NCBI RefSeq assembly: GCF_001949145.1
Contig: NW_019091355.1
Location: 4,700,625 to 4,764,624 of the forward strand
Reading direction: 5' to 3'
Origin: Acanthaster planci
Lineage: Eukaryota
DNA length: 64,000 bases
Shown here piece by piece: positions 29,301 through 41,300 of this stretch; position 1 is the first letter of the stretch, and every line of letters begins with the position of its first letter. Below the pieces are notes generated by a model. It was not told the DNA's origin and made no database searches. It saw nothing but the letters and a program-made list of their open reading frames with translations. The position numbers and the translations under genes are program-made.

Positions 29301-32300
29301 AAGAAGTCTCATTTTTCTGTTGAAATATGTCATCTCCTGATACCCTCTTCAAAACTACTTGCACGTCTACCCACATTAAGTGCATGCATTTAACTGGCTC
29401 TCATAACAGACAACCATGTGAACTATTCTACCCAAAGCCTCAAACTACTCCAACCAATTTAAAATTTATCACACAACTTTCATCTGAGGCCTTTGTCCAA
29501 ATTACATGTAATTAATTTTTGTGCAAATAAATGGACAAATTCTCATCTTTGACTTGTACTCTGGTTCATGAGTGATCCATCTGCCCAAACTACGAAGAAC
29601 CACAATAGCCAACAAACATATTTTGCCCATACTCAACCAATCAGATATAGCTGGTGTACGATAACTGGTACCCTTGCCTGCGATGATTTCATGCAGTGCT
29701 CACAAACCACTTGCAGAAAACTAAGCAACAGTTTAAATCTTAAGGATTCCAAGACTTCCAGAAAGTCACATGATCACGTCAATAACATCTCCCAAAGAAA
29801 AAATTGTCTCCAGAAACAGAACTTTTATATGATTGAACTCCATGTTAATCAAGAAAACATCAGAAACCATTTCTGCTGCAAGACTGTTTTAACTGGTTTT
29901 CTCCATGTCACTTCACACTCCCCGATTCTACTTTTCCTCTGCGCAAGAGTTATTGTTTAATACCTAAACAAATATTCTCCAAAATTGGTGACAAAAATTT
30001 GTCATTAGGACACTGTGCCGCTCTTCTGCTCGTGGCTTGGTCAGTGCAGAAATGCCGAACTTTGCCATCATGCAATTATCGCAGTGTGGAACACTACAAG
30101 TGACTACCGACACAGACAGACCAGTCAGCATGCAGACAGTCAACAGTCATGCAGTACAAGGGACGCATCTGAGACAAATACCATCGTCTAGAGAGGGCAG
30201 ACATCAATCGATCCATTCATAAATATGAAAGATATTTTAAAGGTTCAGCTTTTCAATGACAGGAGAAAGGTTCCTGTAGATTTCAATTTCTTTTGATCTC
30301 GATACAGACGTCTGGGTAATTTTTCATTAAAGCATCAATCATGGAAGTATCCGTAATTGTGTTAATTGTGCCATTGGTTTCCCTCTTAATGAAGATGCGA
30401 GCGTTAAGCTTGAAAGGACGAAGGAAACTCAGCAATCTGACAAGAAAAATCCACAATGATCAACCAGTGTCATGTCAACACATCAAAATATGCCTTGAAA
30501 TCATAATGGGTTGAAATCACAGTTAAAATCATAATGGGTGAAAGTGGAGATTATAAATTTATGAGTTTCGTAAGTAAACTTATGGGGTTTTATGAGTAAA
30601 TACAAGGATTTCTAATTGTTCGATACATTGTAATATGTTTTATGTGGGTTACTAAAAAAGCATAAAATGGTGAACTTTCAAATGAGATAAGGCGTCAAGT
30701 AAGGCGTCTAAAAAGCAACCAGGAAAAAAAATCCACCAAATATTTGAGTTAAATTTGAGTCTGTCACTCTCTAGCATGAGCATGTCTCGGATACTGTCCC
30801 TCAAACGCACGCAAACACATGACATGTATACACGTGTAATCTAAAAGCGTCGGTTGTTGAATAAGCTACCTCCTCACTGCTTTCACTCTCCGACTCGCTT
30901 TCGCTCGGCCGTTTGACCTGGGTAGAGGTCAAAGGTCAAGGCAAAGAGGTTGGGAATAAAAGTCGCAGTGGTGGAAGACACGGGATGGGGGAAAAACGAT
31001 GCATGTTCTATCAGTAACATGTTGAGTTCAGCGGTTAATAGGTTAATTACAGTATCTTGGCTAAAATGCCGGGTCTTTCTTTTTACTTTCTTACCAATAT
31101 TGTTGAATCTCAGCAAGTTTTCTCCAGAAATCTAATCATTTTTTCCTTTTCAATATTTAAAAGTTTCAATTTCACAACAATACAGAGATGGCAAATAAAA
31201 TTTGAGGAATTATTGAGGATGAAAATAAGCTTAACCATCACAAAACTCTCTTCAGTTTAGAAAAATGTTAAACCAATTTTGGGGCCATTTGTCATATTTT
31301 TTTTCCGCCTTATTGTAAAAGGTAACATTTGCAAAATTGGATTTTATTTCAGTGAACAATGTTGGGAAAATGCCAAGATAAAGACTGTTAACATGTTAAA
31401 AAAATTGAAAAAAGAAATGTTTGTGTTCTGAATGGAATCTAAAATGATCTACAATGAATGAATGAATGATGATTCAACAGACTTCATGATAATGTTCTCA
31501 AACCCCTTAAAGTTGAGAGGTCAAGTACCGGCGTAGTTTCTAAGACTAAATCCATTCTTCTACCAACTAAAAGCCCCAAACATACCGTCAGTAAGCAAAC
31601 CTTATACTAAAAAAGAAGTCATGCAAATACAGTAAGTCTACTTGTAGGCATAATCTGTTAGTTGTAATATCTTCAATGTTAAGAAGCAGGAATTGGATCT
31701 TTTTTTTTGTAGCAAAGATGACTAGTGGGCCCCAAACCAACTTGTAAGATATTGCTGCAATTGCAGGGCAGGAACTTCATTCTTGAAGGGGCAAGGCAAT
31801 GACACCTTTACAAAGGGCAATTGTATTGATGAACATTCAACTTGTCAATTGGATCATTTCAACGGGCATCAAGGCAAGGACCAGGAGCATCAAGGCAATT
31901 GCCTTCGGGAAGTTCCTACCCTGCACTGTTCCCATTTAACAGCAAAAATGCCCACCACAGTAACTGAATTTGTCAAAAATACTTATTACGTATTCAAAAT
32001 AATTCACTATCAATCTGTTTTGTTGTGTCACCTAAATGTAACCTTCAACAGGAAAGATGACAATTTAGATGGCAATTACAGTTACTGATATCTGCAAATA
32101 ATGCAAATGTCCCACTTTATGTCTCAGAGTTGATCTGAACAAGCAGAAATTGTTACTCAAAAGAATTTTTAAAAAAAGTCTCCAAAATAAAAAAAAAACA
32201 AAAACAAAAAACCCAGTCTTACCTTGACAAATGGAGGCATGGTAATGTTGAGGTTGCACAACGCCTTCTGTGGCGGCATGCCCCGGGTCACCTTGGGCTC

Positions 32301-35300
32301 TGACATGAAGGAGAGCCGACCGCAGGGCTCCGTGGCCGAGTCTCGCACCCGGACGAAGAACGGTAGTCGGTTCTCATGGAATGGGGAGAAGACCAGGTGT
32401 AGCTGGTCCCCGGATTTCTGGACAGGCACCAGGTTGCCAGCCATCTCGATGTAAATTGGTTTACTCTCTAAGACCTATTAAGTTGAAAGGCATGGATTAA
32501 AAACTTCAATAGTGATAAGCCTTCGTGGCACATTGCCAGATAGCAGAAAATATTCCTTCCTTAAAAAGCAGTTCCTTAACTGAATCTGCTTGCCCTGAAG
32601 AAGATACTCAGTTACCGTAAACTCGGCAATCACATATTTCAGAGCACTGATTTTGATATCATATTCTTGTCGTTATTCTGATCACGGTGCTACGCAGCCC
32701 TTCCATATTTTTAGGTTTTTATACACGATGGATTCCTTACAAGAATGAGAGAAGACACTTTCTTTGTTAATATGACCTTCCAAAAACCTAACCGACATCC
32801 ACTGGTTTACACTTGAACACGACTGATTTTCATCACGATGGATACAAACCCATGAGGTTTTCATGTGGGAGCAGGGTGGAAAGTGCCAAAGGCTTTCACA
32901 TGTCAACTCGACACCTCCCTCTACATGTGTGAGCCCAATGTACAGGGATAATGATAATACAGTGCCTTGAAATGGTTTGCTAGATAGATGGCGCTTCACA
33001 AGTGCTTGTTATTATTATAATTATTTGCTATGCTACAAAAATATTTGCTTAACAGGAACAGATTATCAGCCAAAGATTCATGTAATGTGCACTGCTTCTA
33101 ACTGGTTCCCACCACATTACGTGTTCTGCTCACCTCGACATCTTTGCTCCGGGCCACCTCCTTGAAGTGTTCCTGCTGCTCCAGCGTCTTGTCGGTTCGG
33201 TCGTCTGTCACGCAGTAGACACGGACGCGCGACTCAATGGGGTCGTGTGTCTTGGCGTAAATGGCAAAACGAGCCATGAAGGGCACCGCCTTGAGCTCGT
33301 GATACAGCTCCCGGGCAAAGTTGCTGGCCTGGTCAATCTCCTTGCAGTCCATCAGCCAGAACCTGGAGAAAAAAAGTGGGGTAAAAACTTTCCTTGCTTA
33401 AATATCATCCAAATAATCAGAACTACAAAAACCATGTACAAAGTTTCTATACTTAATCTCTCAAACAGAGTTCTTCTAACACTTGCCTTGCAGAGACTGT
33501 AGTCGTGAAGGAGACGCAGTTGTCCACAAACGTGAGTGGGGTAGTGCCAGTGATATCTTCCCACTGGGCCGGTGCGGTTCCCCCTAATCAAGAAATAAGG
33601 TGAGAACTTGTCAGTGTTCTAGGTTGACTTTCTTGCTATTAGAAAAGAGAAAGTTACAGTGAACTGTAGCGACAGCCAGAACTGGGCTTTATAACAGTAA
33701 GTCAGCACCGTAAGTCAGCTGGGTCAAGATTGGCTCTGAGGAGAAAGACAACTCAAATAAGCAAATTGTTAGTTAAGAGTACCAAGACCTCCATCTGTTA
33801 TGTTGGTGGGAGAATAAAGCACCTGAAATGGTGGCTTAAAATTTAGTTCAAGGTAACGGAAAAGACCTATAAATGTGTATATTAGTTTCTTTTTTTTAAA
33901 TACTTTAAAAAGTAGACTGTCAAGTTCAGGATGTATTCTGCAAGAGGTTATGATCGGAAAAACTTTTTAAGAAAGCAGGCCTATTTCGAGGACACAGATA
34001 CCTGTGGGTATTAAGAAACATAATACAAGGATGGAAACATCAGTATAAAACTGATTATGGTGTTTATTGACAAAATAGTAAGAGAAATGTCTAGAAAGGA
34101 TGCCACATGAATTTTCACAAAAAACCTGTTATACTGAGGTGTGCTAAAAGGCATTATATTCTTTTAAACAAGTGTGACACAAAATAGGGAAAATGTTAGG
34201 CTTTTGAGTCTGGCCCAAGCAAGTCTGTAACTTTTGTCACAAGTCCTAAAACAGCATTTTCAGTGCTTGTTTAATTCCATCAGAGAACAGCAACAACAAC
34301 ATTGAAAAATACAGGACCAAAGTTGAAAACATCAAGTCAAGTCAAAGGGTGCTTTGTGAAGTGAGTGTTACATTTTCTCGTGCTGAATTAAGAAGTCTGT
34401 GCCATTGTTCCATTTTTCGTTTCTTTTTTAAAATTCCACCTAACACCGGTAAGACTTGATAATACCATAACACTCAATGTCTTCTGACGTTAGGGACAAC
34501 AGACTGAAACGACTGCTGGACATCGTTGGTTTCTCATCTGCGGGGGGATATGTTGAAGGAATTGGGAACAAAAGTCACACTAAAGCTCCCGCTACAATCC
34601 TGCAATGTGGCAATCTTTTTCTAGCTTTTTTGGAAACGATATTTTTACCTGACAAAATCACACCAAAGGATGCAAAACGACAAAAAAGCCATTACTAATT
34701 AAGACAAAAATCCATCTCCTTTTTGCTATACATCTAAATAGCTATCAAGAAATTACATGTATGATGAAACCTGAAAGTGTAGGGAAGTGAAGTAGGAACT
34801 TGTACTCCAGCAATAGTAACTGTACAACTGTCAATTTACAGCAATCAGGTGCACGTCGAAATTGGGTGTTTCTTTACGCAGTACCTTTCCATTGTTTTGA
34901 CATAGCTCATCGGTTACATGTAAATATACTGAGAAATCCATGGCGATATTATAAACAGCAACTGGTACATGTCACATAGGTTCTTGAGCATAAGATGCAT
35001 ATATGCATATTCTTGTTACAATACTTTGTCAGCCCCATGCAGGACCAAGAGAGGGCACATTTTTCCTATCAACGAAGGCTCATTTGGTGGGAACTGCACA
35101 TTACTGGTTAACAGATGATTACGAAATGCAAATGTTACGGTCACATCGTTACCAACAAAATGAACACTCCCATCAACATGGCACCCACGAGAGGGTGCTT
35201 CTGCTCAAGGCAGATTGGTCAAAACGAAAAATTTAAGGCAAGCACCAGACCTGCACACCAGAATAGTACGGTGACAATGATGGCTTCCAATTCTGTTCAT

Positions 35301-38300
35301 TAGATCAGTCTACACGTGTCGTATAAGAAATTGCACGTTTTTAGTCTGAATTTCCATTCTCCGACGTCTTACCAGTGATACTGCAGAGCAGTCGCAGTGT
35401 GGGTGTGTCCCCGCCGTAGCCGTTGATGATGCCCTGGTTGTTGGGGATGGGGATCGTCACGGTGATGGCCTTGTGGAACTTGCGGCGGCGGGGCTCAATG
35501 GTCACAATGGGGCTGACCATCACACGGTTGCCCAGGACTTTCTTGACTACCTCGTTGCCGACCGGCTGGGCCTGAATTTTTTGGGGGAAAGAAACAACAT
35601 TCTCAGTTCTCCAAGGCTGGGAATAAGTACATGTACAAAGGGCTCATCTGATCTACACAGACTTGGGATCACTTTATAAAAGCAAACACGAATTTAATTC
35701 GACAACTTTGCATAATTTTGCATTTACTGTCATTCCAAGAACAAACTCGCTTTGTTTTCTTTTTCTTTCCTTTTCTTTTACTTGTCTGTTTCAGCAGGCT
35801 TTGCTGGTCGTTCAAAGGATATGAGACTTCTTGGGCTCCATCAGAATCTAAAGTCAAGAGCTGGGTCCAGGTCTTTGCCGGCTACAAGTTCATGTACATG
35901 AGCGGATACGGCGGACATTCCCGTAAGTTGTGGAAGCCCGTTCCTCAACACAGCCTTTACCTGCAAGCCCACTTTGATCTTCTTCGTCAGCGTGCCCTCG
36001 GGGAAGACGGCCTGGACCTGGGGCACCACCGTTGAGCTGAGCATGCCACCGCTGGTGCCAATGGTGTTGGTCTCCTGCCTGACGCGGGAGATGATGGCAA
36101 AGTACTGGGGGAAGTCGTTGGTCAGGATGCGGCAGATGCGCCGGTCCGAGTTGACGTTGTTGTCATCTGTGATGAGGGGAGAAGAGCAGGTGACTGAGTG
36201 ACTGTGCTTTATCACTCCACATATAATTTTAAGGAACTCGGTGATTACTTCAAAGTGCTCAATATCCTCAGAAAACAAGTGGACAAGGCAGAAATTCCAT
36301 GCTTGCATAAGCCCATCATGTACATTAGAATTGAGGTCCAGATACCTACATGTACATGTACATACCTGAGGTTTCCCTGCTTCCAGAGCTAGCACAGAAA
36401 TTTGACACTCATCCCAGGAATAGAGAAAACTGATCGATGCCCTGGTCAGCAGTCTACCAAATTTAATTGGTCCCACATTTCATGGAGGACAGTTGCACTA
36501 GCTTAGCTGTAAAATATTCTTCATATTTCCATTAATGGCTCTGAGGACATCTGTGTCACCTGAAAGGTCTCAGCTGAACCCAGCCCCTATCTCTTCAGGC
36601 ACTAACGTCAAGTACTTCAGGAGTACTTTACATGTAACTATATGTAATAGCTAGTCTTCACAAGTACCCCAATTTCAATGTGAGCCTGTAACTCTGTCAC
36701 TGTTCATCTATTGTCAGCAGCAAGCATCCTTGTAGCAGTCCTGGTTAAAAAGTTCCAGTGAAGAACCCGATAACAGAGCTGGTTTATCATCATAGGTTGA
36801 CTTACCGTCTCCCTCGTAGCCTTCCAGGGCCTTGTGGACCTCCGTGTCCTTGGCATCCAGCGAGTGCTCCTTCCAGGTGTCTCCCTTCTCACTGCGCAGG
36901 ATGACGATTTCACGCTCCTTGCCCCGCAGCGAGGCAAAGTGGGGCACCTCGATCAGAACGGGACTGAATGGGTTCAGAGAACGTGAGGAGACGCGTCAAG
37001 AAGTTGATAAGAAAACATCTGGGTCATTGCTTGTGCTTCTGTGTAGGTGACAGGTTGTGTTGTCATGTAGCTGTTTCGATGTTGTGATAATGAGAGTTGA
37101 AGTGCACTGTGTCTTTTTGAAGAGCTGAGGTTGCATGAAGATGTGTATGCTTTGGTCAAAATGTCTTAAATGTTTGGAGAGTAGTTTTTGTCACAGTTGA
37201 GGTGCCAAGTCAGCCAGCCATCACCGTCATTATTAACGAGAGTATTTGACATGTGCTGTTTTGTGCATGAGTGGATGTGTGCCTTTTTGAAGTATCTTCA
37301 AAATGGCCCCCATCTAAGTGCGCTCCGTGGGTTTTGATCATTAACTTGTGAGAGTGAAGGTGTAAAAGTGCTCCTCCCCTTGAAACTTTGCCAAGTGAAG
37401 TGAGACTGAACAGCTGCACATTAGGAGAAAAATGACCAAAGATAATCAGCCAGGATGGCGTGGACTGCAGCAACAGAGGTCCGATGAGTGCCAAAAAAGT
37501 GGGGGGAAGGTGATAAAATGGGAGGAAACTAGAGTTCAAACAAAAGTAGACAAATTTGAATGTATGCATACAGTGCACATTCTATGTGAAATTGAAGAAT
37601 TGACTGAACTACCTACAACTAAGCTTTAGAAAGCCAACTACAGAAAATGGACAAGTACTAGTATATATGACAAACAAGTATGAAAAGAAATCAGCTAAGC
37701 ACGTCATAAAAACTTGGCTAGAAAAGTTCATATTCAGCAAGTCTGTCTGCTCCAGTTGGCACACATAAAAAAATAACTTCAACAGAAGGAGTAAAATTAC
37801 AAACTTCTGAAAAGATTGGAGAAAGTTTGTAAGAAGATTATCAATGTAAAAACTGTAAAGGGACACAAGTATAAGAGAACCATAGAACGATGGCAAACAA
37901 GGACTCAAGTAAGATTTGCAAAGGATGAGAAAATGGTGAAATGATAAGCTAAAAGATAAAAGGTTTACATGATGTAAGAGGTACAAAAAGAATGGAATAA
38001 GTCTTTGCCAATGGAAATGAGACACCTGGAGATTTACATATAAGAGTGAGGACTGGCGAAATTCTCAACTTTTTCGGTGATTCTTATTTGTAACATCCGG
38101 CAAATATGATTGCATAACCAAGGACAACATAATAGAAAATCTCCATAAGATAATAAGTTCAAAATGCCCAAGGCAAAAACGGAGCCCCATTTCCTTTTAA
38201 GGCTATCTTAAGGCCAAGCAAACGATCAAAATGAAGCTGGTTGCTTGGCAGCTGGCATCAGCCTATTTGAAATCCAAAATAACATCACTGATAAGACATG

Positions 38301-41300
38301 TACCAACCACGCCATCCAAAAATGCTTCCATCAACAGTACCAGTATTTGCATGGGCAAATTAACAACACCGCTGTCCCCTCCAGTTTCCATTACACAGCA
38401 ATGCTTGTTTGCTTTGTACTAGTGAGGCCATTTTCCAAAGCTTTTCACTGTTAAATTTTCATAATACTCTCCACATCTTGTGCTGCAAGACAATTTGCAC
38501 CAAGCCTTTAGGTGGTGGTGATGTTAGGGGTGCATTCTATCATGTTTCATAAACATTTTTCATGCACTGTACACCAAACGGTTTTGAGGTCATTTTCCTG
38601 CTTGCAGTTCACGTCTCATGTTGGTGCTCCACTATTTGTTCTAAGCCCTTGAGTGTGTGCTGTTACAAGCTCTCAGTCATCCATGGTGCTGTCTGTGTGA
38701 GGGCATGTTCTTAAACTTGTGGATGGATTAGTCCTATTACGTATTAGTCTGTAGCTGTGTTAATGTGTGATGTGTGGTGTACCAATGTGACAAACATTCA
38801 AAGTGAATCAGCTTCTTTCAATACAAGCTTCAACTCTGCTAAAATGTTTCTCAATCAACACCATCTGTTTGACGGGCATGCTTTATAGTCAACAAAGACA
38901 TTCACAGCTTAAAGTAAGCTTTGGTGAAAATTGTGCAGTTTTGCTTCTAAACTTTTAGTTTGTGAGGATAAATTTTGTTTATTTGTTAATTGAACCTGAA
39001 GCCTTTCATTTTGAGAGAAGCCAACTCATTATAAGTCAACACAAATTCAACATTTTGGCAGAAATATATTAAAATGCATACAAGAATCATGAGAAACCCG
39101 AAGCAAAATGCATGACTGTCTGCAACGCTAGTGATTCTAACAACCATGCACAAGATGCAGAACTCATGCAAAAAAAAGGGGAAAATGACATGTCCCAGAG
39201 AAAACGGCGGGGAAAAAAGGGGGCAGAGAAAGATTCCGATGATGCTGAATCTTGTGAGAGGAAATGTCTCAACATTCATACTCCTGTTTTCCCTACCGGG
39301 ATTTACCGGTACATGTATGCACTGCTCTATTGACACTCCTGAAATGGAGCAATGACCGTTTCCAAATCATTTGGTTATTGCCTGTCGGCAATCCAAAATT
39401 GTTCCCGGCAGATGTAACGTAAGGGTTTGTGGCAGAGAACATTTCAAAATTTTGAGACACTCCCTGACACTGAAGACATGCTTCGGTACATGACCCTATC
39501 TACCAAATGAGGACAGACTCAAGCGTGCTGATGGTATGGATTTACATACTAAACTCACAAATATCCTCAGGTAAAGGTGGGGTCCTACAGGTTGGGACTA
39601 CTTACAAATTGATTGTGGGTAAATCTAATAGCCAATACACGTAAATATACCTCCAATTCCATAATATACCTGCAACCTAGGCAGGACAATTTCATAAAGC
39701 TGCTTAAGCACAAAATCTGCTAAAGCGTGAAAAAACCTTGCTTGACAAATCAGGTTACCAGCCAAAACTCCTTGTGATGTACAGTATATTGGCTTGGAAT
39801 GGTAATCACCTGTCTTTTGGTTAGCATGATAATTACACAGATTTTGAGCTGGTAACCTTTGTTTTTTAAGCAAGGTTTCTTGAGCTTTAACCAAATGTTG
39901 TGCTAATGAAATTGGCCCAAGAAGTGAGTATTCATGCACTGATAATTTGTATAGGCCAATACTTAATGAGTGAGAACCTGTTAATTACATGTACACCTCA
40001 TCTACATAATCCGATCCATTGGTTTACACATCACAGCCTTTCAGAGGCCGTCTAATTTACTAGGCATAGAGAAAGCCCAACTTGTTCTATGATCATTTGT
40101 GAAATCAGGCAAGCAACTGGGGGGTCAGAAAAAGGCTATAATGAACTCTGAAGTAAATCAGAGCAAAACAGCTGATCACGGGAAAATATGTCACGGTGAA
40201 AGTTACATTTTCCCCGGGTTTCTGTTCAGGTTGCATATTTTTTGGGGGGGAGGAGATATATCACTGTCGACAAAACCCCACTTGGACTCCTTTCTGCTAT
40301 TTACATTTTATTTTACATGTATCACATCTTTTTGAAGTAATTTTTTCGGGTTTACTTAGAAAGTACAGCAAACAGTTTACTACCCCAGTCATGCAGACTG
40401 CAACATACAGGAAATGTGCAAAGTGAAGATTACAAAAAGGGCTTTTTCGTTGATAAAATTACGCTAATTTATGTAAAAGAAATCTTAAATCAAATTATCA
40501 ACTGAAGAAATGTCTATTAAACTGGGAGAAAATTTGACCCTGAATAAAGAAGATGTCAAAGCAGTGTCAAATTTGAATTAAATTTTAAAACAGATACGTA
40601 CATATATGAAACAAATTTCAGTTTTGAAACTAATTTTACATGTAGCTGAGACAAAAGCTCCCATAAAATTCAAATCCATGCCAAAAACGTAAATTCTATT
40701 TAAAAAAAAATCAAAAGAAAGGAAAAAAATCAGACTTGAATCTCTCAAACTGACAATTCAAAATAAGAATTTCTCCAGTCAGAAACTGAGTTTCAGACTG
40801 GCATGCAGGGTACCGGGCACAAGCAGCCGGTGACATACCCCAAGAAGTTTTCAGATGGGCCCATCTCCAATATGCGGCAGGCCAGTCGCTCCATGTCATT
40901 GAGAGGGGGGAGGGGAACTCGTTTCTTGCCCAGGCCGCTAGTGGAGTGGTCAGGGATTACGGCCGAAGGATTGAGAAGGATGGGAGGGACAGAAGAGGTC
41001 AGACAAAGGAACTCCGGCATTTCTCCGAGTTTATCTCAGGGTTTGTTACAAGTTCACGCTATCACTAAAAATTGGAGGGCACATCATTAATGAGAGTGGC
41101 TATTTCCATGTAAATGAACACAAGACTGACACCCATCAGACAGAAATGGACTACAAGTCAAGATTTTTTGTCCTCAAAAGAGTATATATTTAATAGTAAA
41201 ACATTTCCGACACTACCTGTTGACCCATGTCCCAACTCTAACCTACCTAGAAGTAACTACCGAGGCCGAGTCAAGCGACTGATCATTTGAGCATTCTACC

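Noticed and set aside
27530..34640. Several juxtaposed AG|GT sites resembling recursive splice sites
   Set aside because: The introns are short and such hexamers are expected by chance.
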